Assembly: GCF_044704955.1 (NCBI RefSeq)
Contig: NC_091994.1
Span: 95,108,001-95,172,000 of the forward strand
DNA length: 64,000 bases
Reading direction: 5' to 3'
DNA from: Pristiophorus japonicus
Lineage: Eukaryota
Positions 43,301 through 58,500 of this stretch are shown here, one piece after another (position 1 is the first letter of the stretch; every line of letters begins with the position of its first letter). Under the pieces are notes generated by a model. It worked only from the letters and a program-made list of their open reading frames with translations. It was not told where the DNA came from and ran no database searches. The position numbers and the translations under genes were made by a program.

Positions 43301-46300
43301 AGAAACACTATGAACAGGGGCACAGGGTCAAACTGGTAAAAGGCTCCTGTCAAAGCTTTTCTTTTCCAAGTGATCAATATAGGGAATGAACGGCAGGGGG
43401 TGGAGTCGTTTCTAACCGTGGATTCCGCGATTGGGGGAGTGGGGACTGCGGGATTTTCTGGATGGACGAGCTGCAATGGACTGAATTGGTTCTGTATCTA
43501 GGTTGCGATCCTGTGATTGGTCAACAAATGGACCAAAATCCTTTTGTCATTATTTGCCTTTCTAAATTTATTCGCATTTACTTGTGTAAAGATTTCTTCC
43601 CTTTTTGTGCGGTGATGACTGGGCAAGTCACACGGTCATTTGAGGGCAGTGGGAACGGTTTGATGGAAAAACACCCCAACTTAACAGTACAAGGTTCAGT
43701 TCCGAGAATTCCTAACATCACGTCCTCGCAGATCAAGTACGCAATGAGGTTTAAGGCCACTCGAACAGTGAGTTAGACCACGGCTGTCTCACTTCCCACT
43801 TTACTTTCATTTTATTCATTCTGGGGATGTGGGTGTCACTGGCAAGGCTGGAATTTATTGCCCATTCCTAGTTGTCCTTGAGAATACGGTGGTGGGGCTT
43901 ACTTGATATAACTGAGTGGCCATTTCAGAGGGCAGTTAAGAGTCAAACATGTGGATATGGGCCTGGAGTCACATAGACCCAGACCAGGTAAGGACAGCAG
44001 ATTTCTTTCCCATTATTGAACCAGTTGGATTTTTAGCTACAGTCCAACAGCTTCATGGTCACTTTTACTGATGCCAGTTTTTTAGTTCCAGATTTTATGT
44101 TTAACTGAATTCAAATTCTCAAACTGTCATGGCGAGAATTGGATTCGTATTCCCTGGATTACTAGTCCAGTAACATAACCACTACACCAACGTAATCACA
44201 TCTTCCTCACTGGTATTGCTAGCTTAGTGCTCAACTATAGAGCGATGCACCCACACACAGCAGGAGCCAGGATAACACTGCCGAAATCTCACCCAACAAC
44301 GATCAGAGAAAAGTGCCTTTGATCCCTGCAGTCTGGACTCCATATCTCTGGTTCCTTGGTCAACTCTTAACCCAATGTGCCAGCACCTCTACACGTGTTC
44401 TCTTTCTTCCTCTTGGCTATAGTTATTGGACCTTGCTCTCTGGCTCCTGTTCAACATCAAGACGACTTGTGTCCCAAAGAGTGAAGCAAGAATCCACTTG
44501 CTCAATGCAGCCCCTGTTCCTTTCTATTTGTTGAAGGATTATAGATTATGTGGGGAATTATTCAGAGCACAGGAATTGGATGCAGTTAAGCAACATTGCA
44601 TACGATGTATATACTTTAAACAAACATTGGCTCCAATAGCAAATGGATGTTTTGAGTTTTTGAGATGCCTGTTGCCTGACCAACATTGACCAGTTCACTC
44701 TGCTGGTTAGTTGGGCTCCTCAAGGCAGTCAGAACTGCAACAGAATTGAGCTGAAGGAAGAAGATTCTTGGGGGGGGGGGGAAGAGTCAGAGCGTGAGGT
44801 GCTGGGGGCAGAGCAGGAGGTGCTGGAGATTGAGGGCGGAGTGCGAGGTGCTGGAGGGGGTTTGGAGTAAGGGGTGCTGGAGGTGCATGACTCTTTTGAT
44901 GAGATCTGTTCTACTTTTTATTTGCCAATATTCCTCCCTCTGTGAAGAGAGGACCACATATCCACCCCATCACCAAAACTGCCTACTTCCACCTCCCTAA
45001 CATCGCCCGTCTCCACCCCTGCCTCAGCTCATCTGCTGAAACCCTCATCCATGCCTTTGTTCCCTCCAGACTAGACTATTCCAATGCTCTCTTGGCCGGC
45101 CTCCCATCTTCCACCCTCCATAAACTTGAGCTCATCCCAAACTCTGCTGCCTGTATCCTAATTCGCACCAGTCCCATTCCCCCCATCACCTCAGTGCTCC
45201 CTGACCTACATTGGCTCCCGATCCGGCAACACCTCAGTTTTAAAATTCTCATCCTTGTTTTCAAATCCCTCCATGTCCTTGCCCCCTCCCTATCTCTGTA
45301 ACATCCTCCAGCCCTACAACCCCCTGACATCTCCCCACACCTCCAATTCTGGCCTCCTGTGCATCCCTGATTTTAATCACTCCGTTGGTGGGCGTGCCTT
45401 CAGCTGCCAAGGCCCTAAGCTCTGGAATTTCCTCCCTAAACCTCTCCACCTCTCTAACTCTCCTCCTTCATTATGCTCCTTTAAAACCTACCTCTTTGAC
45501 CAAGCTTTTGGTCATCTGTCCTAATATCTCGTTATGTGGCTGTCACATTTTGTCTGATAATGCTCCTGTGAACCGCCTTGAGATGTTTTCCTACATTAAA
45601 GGGTCTGTATAAATACAAGTTGTCAATGTTGTTGATTTGTTCCATGAAGACCAGGTCCATGCCCCCTCACCCAGTCCATGTGTAAGTGGGCAGGCTATTT
45701 GACCAGGGGGCTGATCACAGCCGAACACCATCATATTTGCACCTGGTGTTCTTTCCAGTAGGGTGCTCTGGATAAAGATGTAGGACCCCTCATGGATTAT
45801 ACCTTCTTCCCAGGGGTGCTGGGGCCCTACTGTAGGTGAGATCAGCTAACAATGGAGACAACTCTGGGCCCTTCACAGCCCATGTGGCCTGGATAGTGGA
45901 TGTGCACAGAAATGCAACCTTGTATTCTTTTAAATAAAACCGCTTTTGTCCCACCTTCCCCTTTTTTATAAAATGAAGCCAGATCTGTGCTCAGTCGCTG
46001 GCTCCCTGTGTCCTCACTCAGACCTGTGAAGACTGACTGTATTTCCAAACTTTCCATCAACACATTTCACTTGGCAGAGTTCGGCAACTCCTAAATGTCT
46101 CCATCTGTCTGTGTGGGTTTATTTGCCTCTGTTCTTCACCCATCTTTTCCGATGTGGCGGACACACGATGTGTGTTTACAAGCTGCAATTATTGCACTGC
46201 AGCATTCCAGGAGAAAGTAGTCTTAAGTTGTGGTTGTCTCGACTGCTTTTTCAGCGACTGGCAGCAATGTGTGTGTGGGTGGGGGGGAAGGACATTTTGA

Positions 46301-46548
46301 ATATCGTAGCGGGGCTCCCTCCCACACCCACAAACCGCTGCCTGAGCTGGTTCAGACAGTGACCGAGCCACACAGACCAGGAGGTGCCCAGGTTTAATGG
46401 TCTGTGGGAGCTGGCCTGGTTGCAGGAATTATCCCTCAGTGCCCCTTGGGTGAGGGAGGGGAACAATCTTGCACATCTCCCCGCAGGAGTCTCTGGGTAG
46501 TGATCAGAAACTGGGAGCCCTGGCTAATTATTTATATTGGGGGGGGGG

Positions 46549-46587
<39 letters not shown>

Positions 46588-49500
46588 TTCTCTCCCCACC
46601 CCTCTTAGACCTGAGAACTTCCCTCCGTACAATCGACAGAATGTGAGGTAAATCTGGGGCCTTTCTGCTCTGAGGCCTGGTGTGTGTATTTGAGAGAACG
46701 CTCAGGCCTCCCGTGCAGCATTTCCTTGACCCGGAGCCAGGATTCCACTGTCGGACTAACCCTGACGTCTCCATGGTAACGGTGCTGCTAATACAATCCC
46801 TGCAGCCGTTTCCTTGACCTGGGGGTTGGGGGGCTCTGCTATACAATCCACTTGTCTGAATGACAGAAAGTAGTTTTGTGAAAGGAATGACCTTTGACCT
46901 CTCGCACCCAGTAGCCGCCTCCTGTTTGGCAGTTGCTCAGGCAGCACGCAGACACACAAGGAATTTCATCCTGGTTTATTTTACAGCTGTCTTGCAGTGG
47001 GACGCCGGTGAACTGGCAACTCCCCCAGTCCTCAGTGGGGTACAGCGGTGAGTAGCTATGGGGAGGCCACCTCAAACAGGAGGAGGTCATTGCGCCTGTT
47101 TGACCATCAAATTGTTTTGGCCAGAAAGTGAAAACAGGCTCTAAATGAAGGCAGTGCTATTAAGATTAGGCCCGTTGAAAGTCCGGATTTGGCAGACAAT
47201 TTTGGTCCTAATTGCTGCTTACCATCATTGGAACTTGCCTGGAGGAGCTTGCCAGAAAACTGCAGGTTTAGCACTCAAGTGCTGATTGGACACAATTTTC
47301 GTGGAGCAGTATAGAAACATCGAAACATAGAAAATAGGTGCAGGAGTAGGCCATTCGGCCCTTCTAGCCTGCACCGCCATTCAATGAGTTCATGGCTGAA
47401 CATGCAACTTCAGTACCCCATTCCTGCTTTCTCGCCATACCCCTTGATCCCTCGAGTAGTAAGGACTTCAACTAACTCCTTTTTGAATATATTTAGTGAA
47501 TTGGCCTCAACAACATTCTCACCCACTCTCTGGGTGAAGACGTTTCTCCTCATCTCGGTCCTAAATGGCTTACCCCTTATCCTTAGACTGTGACCCCTGG
47601 TTCTGGACTTCCCCAACATTGGGAACATTCTTCCTGCATCTAACCTGTCTAAACCCATCAGAATTTTAAATGTTTCTATGAGGTCCCCTCTCATTCTTCT
47701 GAACTCCAGTGAATACAAGCCCAGTTGATCCAGTCTTTCTTGATAGGTTAGTCCCGCCATCCCGGGAATCATCCTGGTGAACCTTCGCTGCACTCCCTCA
47801 ATAGCAAGCATGTCCTTCCTCAGGTTAGGAGACCATTGTACACAATACTCCAGGTGTGGCCTCACCAAGGCCCTGTACAACTGTAGCAACACCTCCCTGC
47901 CCCTGTACTCAAATCCCCTCGCTATGAAGGCCAACATGCCATTTGCTTTCTTAACTGCCTGCTGTACCTGCATGCCAACCTTCAATGACTGATGTACCAT
48001 GACACCCAGGTCTCGTTGCACCTCCCCTTTTCCTAATCTGTCACCATTCAGATAATAGTCTGTCTCTCTGTTTTTACCACCAAAGTGGATAACCTCACAT
48101 TTATCCACATTATACTTCATCTGCCATGCATTTGCCCACTCACCTAACCTATCCAAGTCGCTCTACAGCCTCATAGCATCCTCCTCGCAGCTCTCACTGC
48201 CACCCAACTTAGTGTCATCCACAAATGTGGAGATACTACATTTAATCCCCTCGTCTAAATCATTAATATACAGTGTAAACAGCTGGGGCCCCAGCACAGA
48301 ACCTTGCGGTACCCCACTAGTCACTGCCTGCCATTCTGAAAAGTACCCATTTACTCCTACTTTTTGCTTCCTGTCTGACAACCAGTTCTCAATCCATGTC
48401 AGCACACTACCCCCAATCCCATGTGCTTTAACTTTGCACATTAATCTCTTGTGTGGGACCTTGTCGAAAGCCTTCTGAAAGTCCAAATATACCACATTAA
48501 CTGGTTCTCCCTTGTCCACTCTACTGGAAACATCCTCAAAAAATTCCAGAAGATTTGTCAAGCATGATTTCCCTTTCACAAATCCATGCTGACTTGGACC
48601 CATCATGTCACCTCTTTCCAAATGCGCTGCTATGACATCCTTAATAATTGATTCCATCATTTTACCCACTACCGATGTCAGGCTGACCGGTCTATAATTC
48701 CCTGTTTTCTCTCTCCCTCCTTTTTTAAAAAGTGGGGTTACATTGGCTACCCTCCACTCGATAGGAACTGATCCAGAGTCAATGGAATGTTGGAAAATGA
48801 CTGTCAATGCATCTGCTATTTCCAAGGCCACCTCCTTAAGTACTCTGGGATGCAGTCCATCAGGCCCTGAGAATTTATCGGCCTTCAATCCCATCAATTT
48901 CCCCAACACAATTTCCCGACTAATAAGGATTTCCCTCAATTCCTCCTCCTTACTAGACCCTCCGACCCCTTTTATATCCGGAAGGTTGTTTGTGTCCTCC
49001 TTAGTGAATACCGAACCAAAGTACTTGTTCAATTGGTCCGCCATTTCTTTGTTCCCCGTTATGACTTCCCCTGATTCTGACTGCGGGGGACCTACGTTTG
49101 TCTTTACTAACTTTTTTCTCTTTACATATCTATAGAAACTTTTGCAATCCGTCTTAATGTTCCCTGCAAGCTTCTTCTCGTATTCCATTTTCCCTGCCCT
49201 AATCAAACCCTTTGTCCTCCTCTGCTGAGTGCTAAATTTCTCCCAGTCCCCGGGTTCGCTGCTATTTCTGGCCAATTTGTATGCCACTTCCTTGGCTTTA
49301 ATACTATCCCTGATTTCCCTTGATATCCACGGTTGAGCCACCTTCCCTTTTTTATTTTTACGCCAGACAGGAATGTACAATTGTTGTAGTTCATCCATGT
49401 GGTCTCTAAATGTCTGCCATTGCCCATCCACAGTCAACCCCTTAAGTATCATTCGCCAATCTATCCTAGCCAATTCACGCCTCATACCTTCAAAGTTAGC

Positions 49501-52500
49501 CGCCTTTAAGTTCTGGACCATGGTCTCTGAATTAACTGTTTCATTCTCCATCCTAATGCAGAATTCCACCATATTATGGTCACACTTCCCCAAGGGGCCT
49601 CGCACAACGAGATTGCTAATTAATCCTCTCATTACACAACACCCAGTCTAAGATGGCCTCCCCCCTCGTTGGTTCCTCGACATATTGGTCTAGAAAACCA
49701 TCCCTTATGCACTTCAGGAAATCCTCCTCCACCGTATTGCTTCCAGTTTGGTTAGCCCAATCTATGTGCATATTAAAGTCATCCATTATAACTGCTGCAC
49801 CTTTATTGCATGCACCCCTAATTTCCTGTTTGATGCCCTCCCCAACATCACTACTACTGTTTGGAGGTCTGTACACACCTCCCACTAACGTTTTTTGCCC
49901 TTTGGTGTTCTGCAGCTCTACCCATATAGATTCCACATCATCCAAGCTAATGTCCTTCCTAACTATTGCATTAATCTCCTCCTTAACCAGCAATGCTACC
50001 CCACCTCCTTTTCCTTTTATTCTATCCTTCCTGAATGTTGAATACCCCTGGATGTTGAGTTCCCAGCCCTGATCATCCTGGAGCCACGTCTCTGTAATCA
50101 CAATCACATCATATTTGTTAACATCTATTTGCTCAGTTAATTCATCCACCTTATTACAGATACTCCTTGCATTAAGACACAAAGCCTTCAGGCTTGTTTT
50201 TTTAACACCCTTTGTCCTTTTAGAATTTTGCTGTACAGTGGCCCTTTTTGTTCTTTGCCTTGGGTTTCTCTGCCCTCCACTTTTCCTCATCTCCTTTCTG
50301 TCCTTTGCTTTTGTCTCCTTTTTTGTTTCCCTCTGTCTCCCTGCATTGGTTCCCATTCCCCTGCCATATTAGTTTAACTCCTCCCCAACAGCACTAGCAA
50401 ACACTCCCCCGAGGACATTGGTTCCGGTCCTGCCCAGGTGCAGACCGTCTGGTTTGTACTGGTCCCACCTCCCCCAGAACCGGTTCCAATGCCCCAGGAA
50501 TTTGAATCTCTCCCTGCTGCACCACTGCTCAAGCCACGTATTCATCTGCGCTATCCTGCGATTCCCACTCTGACTAGCACGTGGCACTGGTAGCAATCCC
50601 GAGATTACTACTTTTGAGGTCCTACTTTTTAATTTAGCTCCTAGCTCCTTAAATTCGTTTCGTAGGACCTCATCCCGTTTTTTACCTATGTTGTTGGTAC
50701 CAATGTGCACCACGACAACTGGCTGTTCTCCCTCCCTTTTTAGAATGTCCTGCACCCGCTCCGAGACATCCTTGACCCTTGCACCAGGGAGGCAACATAC
50801 CATCCTGGAGTCTCGGTTGTGGCCGCAGAAACGCCTATCTATTCCCCTTACAATTGAATCCCCTATCACTCGCTCTCCCACTCTTTTTCCTGCCCTCCTG
50901 TGCAACAGAGCCAGCCACTGTGCCATGAACTTGGCTGCTGCTGTCATTCCCCCCACCACCCCCCCCAACAGTACCCAAAGCAGTGTATCTGTTTTGCAGG
51001 GGGATGACCACAGGGGACACCTGCACTACCTTCCTTGCACTGCTCTTCCTGCTGGTCTTCCATTCCCTATCTGGCTGTGGACCCTTTCCCTGCGGTACGA
51101 CCAACTCGCTACACGTGCTACTCACGTCATTCTCAGCATCGTGGATGCTCCAGAGTGAATCCACCCTCAGCTCCAACTCCGCAACGCGGTCCGTCAGGAG
51201 CTGGATACACTTCCCGCACACGTATTCGTCAGGAACACTGGTGTCGTCCCTGAGTTCCCACATGGTACAGGAGGAGCATAACACGTGACCGAGCTGTCCT
51301 GCCATGACTTAACCCTTAGATAGGCAACAACAATGTTAAAGTTTACTCACTGTTATAGAAGAAAAAAAAGAAAAACTACTCACCAATCACCAGCCAATCA
51401 CTTACCCCCTTGGCTGTGACGTCACCTTTCTGTTTCTTTCTACTTTTTTGCCTTCTCTCTCTAGCTGCACAAGTACGCACCTCCTCGACCTTTTATAGGC
51501 CTCACCAACAGATTCACGCTGCTCTCGACTGCCGCCGCGTTGGGCCTTTATAGGCCTCTCGCCGACCCCGGAACTCACGCCTCTCCACACACCTCCTCAC
51601 GCTGCTCACGTATATGTGGGCTCCTCGAACCTACTTTCACTGAAGGTGGGGAGTGCTCTGGCTGGCACACACCGGCACGTTGCAGGATGGCTCCGGGTCC
51701 AAGGGAGAGGGTGCAGTGGATGCGCCATTGGAGGTTCTGATGGAGGGGGGATATCCTGTACCCACATGGAGGGAAGGACGCTACCTCGCCCTCCTGTCCC
51801 TCTCTCCTGCAGCAGCTGGTACTGCTCTGCCTGGTCTCGTGTCCTCCCATTTCTCATCCCCTAGAAAGATGCCAATGATTAAGCATTTCCTTTCTCCAGG
51901 GGACTCCTGTAAGATAGAATAGTAGAGCACTTGCTCTTTTTAGGTGAAGTCCTCACAGAATTTCCAGAATAAATGTTGCTTGAGTGTTGGTGAAGTCTTG
52001 ACAAAGTGTCCCAGAAAATCTCCTGATGTGTTTGAGATCCTCTTCTCAGCTCCAATAGCAATGAACATGAAATGATGAGTATCCTTTTAAGTAGCTCTTG
52101 AAATCGACATCAGCGTTGTGCAAAGTGCGTCAGTTGAAGGGCTAGACACCTAAATGCCATTCAGCCTCTTTAATGAGCGCTAGCAGCCATTTTAATTGGC
52201 AATCAGCTGTTTAACAATCTCCCAGCAGCCGTTCCTAGTGCTGGCTTCAACTCCTTTACCAAGATGGCGCCTTGCACAAAACATGGGCTAAACCGGAGTT
52301 TCAGCTTAAAACTCCATCTTGGCCATCTCGGAGGCTATTTAGCTCCTGAAGTATTCAGTGAAACTTGTCCCTTATGGCTCCATCTCCCCGGCTTGGTTCC
52401 ATATTCCTTAATTCCAAAAATATATAAATCTCCGTTGTGAGCTATTCAATTGATCAACAGCTTTTTTTTTGGGGGGGGGGGCCAGGCCTCGGGTTTAATT

Positions 52501-55500
52501 ATCCGCTCTGTGCAGAGTAAGTTGACGCGATGGTAGGGCTGCAATGGTTGGTTGACACAGCACCCAATGGGGACCAAACCCAGGATCATCCGAATCTATG
52601 CGGGTCAGCTAAACAGAAAAAGAGAGAGAATTTGCATTTATATAGCACTTTTCACAATCTTGGGATGTCCCAAAGCGTTTACAGCCAATGAAGGGTAGTC
52701 ACTGTTGTAATGTGGGGAACAGGGTAGCCATACCATGCACAGCAAGCTCCCACAAACAACAAAGTGATCATGACCAGTTAATCTTTTTAGTGATGTTGGT
52801 TGAGGGATAAATATTGACCAGGACACCAGGGACAACTGCTCTGCTCTTTTATGTGCACCTGAGAGGGCAGATGGTGCCTTGGTTTAACTTCTCCTCCAAA
52901 AGGTGGCACCTTCGACAGTGCAGCACTCCCTCAGTGGTTCACCAGAAGTGTCTGTCGGAATTATGGGCTCCAATCTCTGTTTTAACCAGCTGAGCCATCG
53001 GGGCAGCTCTAGGGGATCGGTTTTCCTGAGCATTGCTCACTGTGTTGCTACTACACATCGAAGGATGCCTTACAGCTGCTAACTGCTTGATTCCAAAACA
53101 ACTTGACGGCAAAAGGAGCCCTTTACTTACCATGGCCACACTGAAGGGCTGTTAGGCCTCACCACTTACAGGAGGTAGATACCGCAGGGAATTCAAGGCC
53201 AGACTGATCTCCTGGATTAGTTTCGAACACCTAGATGGGTCGGAGAGGAATTTCCCAGATCTTTTCTCCCCAAAATGGCCTGGTTTTAAAACATTTTTTG
53301 CCTCTCCCAGGAGATCATGTGGTTTAGGGTGGGGTGGAGTGTATATTGTAATACACAAGGTATCGCAATTGTGTGGGACAGGCTGGATGGACCAGAGGGT
53401 CTTGACTTGCCCGCCATTGTCCGTATGTTTGTACAAGTTGAACCTCCCTTATCCAGAACTCTCTCATCCAGAACCATTCCCGGCCACGGGTGCATGCGCA
53501 GAATTCCGACATGAACAAATTGAAGTCCTTTCTAGCTGCCGACTCCTGCAGTCGCTGGCCTGACCCCGTAATCCCCCCCCCCACCCCCCAGCCATGCTGT
53601 CTCTGCCGCACTCCCAGCCCCAAGCCAGCCAACCCCAGATATCCCCTTGCTCAGTACCTGTACCATCCATTTTAACGTGACCACCCCTCGTCCAGAAAAA
53701 TCCCTTATCCAGAACAATGCAGGTCCCAAGGGTTCCGGATAAGCGAGGTTCAACCTGTACTTGCCGGGATCTCTGATTTCTACAGGTCCAACAAAGGGGG
53801 TACGAGGAGCAGGAAGGGTCTTGGGTTCAGCCCCCGGTCTGTGCTGAGTTACTGCATCCCAGGTGAGGCAGCAGTCGATGTGTTTAATGGGCCTCAGTGC
53901 GCCTGGGCTGAGTGTTGGGGAGACCGAGATCAACCCAACTGCTGCCTCTGTTTAATGCCTCTGAGATTTGTTAACTGAGATAAGTAGCCCAGTTCAAAAT
54001 GGGAGGGGGGACTGAGTCTGGGATCATTCGGCTCTCTGTTAAACCCCCCCTCCCTCACCCCGCACCCCACCACCCCCCAGCCACCTCTGAGTCAACCAGC
54101 TCCAGTTTTATACGGTCCCCAGCCCCCCTGTGTTGTTCATAGTGCCCAATGTTTGGGCGAGGTGAGGCACATTACCCACCACCTAGGCAAAAGCCGACTG
54201 GAGTTCTCCATATTAGACAGGAACCAAATATCCGGAGGTGGGTTAGGGTAAAATTAATCTCTTTCCCTTCCCCCCCCCCCCCGCCCCAACCCCCACCCCA
54301 AAGACTGTCCTCGGGCTGAGTAATTCCTTTCTCTGGCACTCGTCTGCCCTCTCTGGCTCTCTCAGAATTGCTGTGTAATTTATATTCTGACACTATATTT
54401 GCATTTAAAAAAATAATCCTTTACTTTGATTTTTTAATGGTCACTGTATTATTGGTGCTTGGGAAATTGAGAACTTCAGACATCCAGTGCCAGCTTTAAA
54501 ACTCCCAGCACCATTCAAGTGTTGCTGCCGCTACTCAGTCCAGCCTCTGACTGCTATATTCTGACTTTTTCCTTTCCTGCAGTGGGTCTCTGCCCAGGTC
54601 CCAGGTTTGCTTGCTCAGCTAGAGCCCTTGGGGAGGGGGAGGGGGGTCAGGGGGCCAAAATGCTGCAGTCAGTCCAAGGAGAGGAAGGATCAGCCAGGGT
54701 TCCCACTCCTCATCACTCTCCAGTGATCCTTGGTACAAAGCGCACTTGGACTGAGCTCGGCTGAAGGACAGGATTGGGCTTGGTTGTGAAGCCCCACGCA
54801 GTGGATTAGCCCTGCTGACACTTGGTGCCAAAAGCAGGCTCCTATGTGAAGAATGGCCACTCTGGGCATGATACTCAGAGTATCCAACAGCTGGCAGTGC
54901 CTGGGGAACCGTACCCTAGCGAGGGTACTGGGAGGGGAATACTTGCAGCGTTTGCAAACCATTGACCCACTGTTGCCGTTGCTGCACTGGGAAGTGAAAC
55001 GGAGTATTATCACTTCATCTCGCTCGTGCAACTTGCAAAGTGGAAGTATTGTGAGCTGAGCCCCTGCAGCAGAACAGACGCTTTTCAGGAAACACTCTGT
55101 GCCAGACAAGGATGGGAGGATGTGCTCTCTGCTTCTGCTGCTGCCCTGGGAATGTGTATTTATATATATCGTGTCACATCGGGTTATCCAATGGCTGTGA
55201 ACAACTTTTATAGAAATTCTGGGTCTGACTAAAAATAGAAGTTTTAGTCAAGCAAACCTTGTTTGGAATGTTTAAGCAGTTAGATTTCTTCTGACATCAT
55301 TCTCGATTAAATCAGAGTGTCTGCTGTTAATGATGGGAAGGGAGTGGTGCATCATGTAACACTATTAATGCTAAATGGGGGAATGTTGATATCCAGCAAC
55401 CCTTTTGCTAACAGAATCTCATAATCTTGCTGCACAGAAGGAGGCCATTCAGCCCATTGTTCTGGTGCCAGCTCTTTTGCAGAGCTATCCAATTAGTCCC

Positions 55501-58500
55501 ACTCCCCCACTCTTTCCCCACAGCCCTGCACATTTCTCCTGAGGGACTATCGCGAGGAAACCCTATTTGTTACGAAAGATTTGCATTTATATAGTACCTT
55601 TCATGACCTCTGGACATCCCAAAGTGCTTTACAGCCAATAGAGTCCTTTTTGAAATGTAGTCATTGTTATAATGTGGGCAAAAGTGGCAGTCAGTTTGTG
55701 CACAGCAAGCTCCCACAAACAGCAATGTGATAAATGACCAGATAATCTGTTTTCAGTGATGTTGGCTCAGGGGTAAATATTGGCCAGGACACCTGGGAGA
55801 ATGCCCCTGCTCTTCTTTGAATAGCGTCCGTGGGATCTTTTACATCCACCTGAGTGGCAGACAGAGCCTCTGTTTAACAGCACCTCCAACAGTGCAGCAC
55901 TCCCTCAGTAATGCACTAGCGTGTCAGCCTAGATTATGTGCTCCAGTCCGGAATGGGGCTTGAACCTACGACCTACTGACTCGGGTGAGAGTGGTACCGA
56001 GTCGCCCTAAGCTGGAGCAGTGTTTATCCCTTTCATGCCACAAAGTGTAACTCACCAGTGCAACAATGTGACTAACTGTTCAACCACTCCCTGTGGGAAT
56101 GTGCTGTAATTGGTGGCTGTGGCTTCAGGCCCTAAGCTCTGGAATTCCCTCCCTACACCTCTCCCCTCCTTAAAACCTACCTCTTTGACCAAGCTTTTGG
56201 TCATCTGTCCTTGTATCTCTTTACATGGCTCAGTGCCAAATTTTGTTTGATTACGCTCCTGTGAAGCGCCTTGGGATGTTTTACTAAGTTAAAGGCGCTA
56301 TATAAACGCAAGTTGTTGTTGTTGACTGGAGGCTGATCACAGTTCTTGGGGAAGGTTTTTAAAACAAAATGGAACATTTTTTAAGGTACTGTGTGTCTGG
56401 TATAAAATGCAGACAGTGTGATGATGCAGGGTGTTGTTACATTCTGGGGAGTGGCGCTTGAGCAAGAGGGTTGGGACTGTGGCTGTGTCTCTGTCTAATA
56501 TTGGAGCCAGTTTGACGGGTCCATTTACCAGTGATGTATGGTGTTCCCAGAACCTTTACTTGCCCCTCTTATGTTGCAGTGTGCCGTGGGTTTGCTGTCT
56601 TGGAGGATGGGGCGTTGGCGCACAATCTTCAGGAACAAGAGAGTGAGTGGAAACAGCGCCAGGGAGGGGCTGAAACACCTGTGGCTTTGGGCGGAGCCTA
56701 TGTTCAATCCCCGTGCGGACTGATTGCGCCATCGGAATTATTCTCATCAGTTTGCTCCTCGACCACCTCGTCAGGCCGAGCCACAACAGTGACCCAGTCA
56801 TACGGACCGGGGGGTTCCGTCCCCAATCTGGGGACAGCTCGGAGGGTGCAGGGGCTTCAAGTTGCGCTCGGCGCCCTTGGGCTAGGACAGTGGGAGCAGA
56901 ATCGGCCGAGGTTCCAGCTCCTCAATTCACGCTCGTACAGCCCCTCGAACTCGAGGGGGCACGATTGGAAACCAGGCGGGAATTGAGGGAAGAGTTGGGG
57001 GACGAGGTCATTTGAAGGTGGAGAGACAGGCAGCAGGCAGGCGAGAGGAGCAGGAAGGGTCCCAGGTTCAGACCCCGGTCTGTGCTGAGTTACTGCATCC
57101 CAGGTGAGGCAGTAGTCAGTGTGTTTAATGGGCCTCCGTGCCTCTGGGCTGAGGGCGGGGAGATTGAGATCAACCCAACTGCTTCCTTCATTAATGCCTG
57201 TGTGATTTGTTAACTGAGATAAGTAACTTGGTACAAAATGGGTGGGGGCGGAGACTGAGACGGAGTCTATGATCGTTCTGTGCTGTTTAACCTGCCCACC
57301 ACCACCTCTGAGTCGACCAGCTGCAGTTTTACACAGTCCCCTGACCCCCTGTGTTGTTCATAGTGTCCAATGGGTGGGCGAGGTGAGACACATACCCACC
57401 TCTGGGCAAAGGCCGACTGGAGTCCTCCATATTGGACAAGAACCAATTACCCGGAGGCGGATTAGGTTAAAATTAATCTCCCCACCCTCCCCCCCCACAA
57501 CCAGTGTGTCCTCAGGCTGAGAAATTCCTTTCTCTGGCACTCGCCTGCTCTCTCTGGCTTTCACAGAATTGCTGTGTAATTTCTTTTCTCACACTCTATT
57601 TGTATTTCTTTATTTTGACTCTTTAATGGTCACGGTATTATTGGCGCAGTCCGAGTTGGGGGTGGAGATGATTTGAAGGTGGGGAGAGGGGACAGCATGT
57701 GAGAGGGAGGAGGTTGGGGAGAGAGTTCCTGAATGCAGCACCGCAGGGGTTGAAGGCTGATTTTTCGGGTAGGGAGTGAGCTGGGATGTAGTAATGGGAA
57801 TACTGCAGACAGAAGGAAAAGGCCAAGCCAGGGAAGGATGGGTAAAATAAGCCCCCAGGTGAAATCCAGTTCTGGGGATGGGCAGCAATAGAGGTCAGTG
57901 GCACTGGGGCTGGGGGGAAATGTGTGTCTGGGGGCATGAGGTGAAGTCTGTAATATCGTCCACAGTAGAATGCTCTGTATCACTGGCGAAGTTTGTACAT
58001 GGAGGGCCTGTGGAACCCGCACCCCGGCGAGAGTCGGGGTCTTTGAGACGGAATATCCTGGGCTTCTGATTCTGATTTTTTGATAAGTTTAAAGCTAAGT
58101 TGCGGTTTATAAAGTGAAGGAGTGAGTCCTGTGTCTCTGCTAAATGATGTCCCGTGCTTGTGTTCCCAGTTGAACAGCACTACGCCTCAAACATTGAGAA
58201 GAACAAGTTGGTCCGTCAGGATGTTTGTGTGGCCAAGAAGTTGCAGGATGAGGAGGCCAAACACTCCAGCCGGGAACACCAGCAACAGATGTACGTACGT
58301 CGGGGGGGGGGGGGAGCTCAACCGGAGAGCTGGCCTTGGCCAACAGGGCCAAAGCAGTGGGTCAAGCTGTGTGAAGGGGCTGGACTGTGTGCGGTGGGGT
58401 GGGGGGGGGGGGGGGGGGGTAGCGGCGGCAGGAGGGAGGAATGTGGGGTGGGGTGGGGTGGGGGGAGGAATGAGGACTGGGAGTGTGGAATGAGGGGGCT

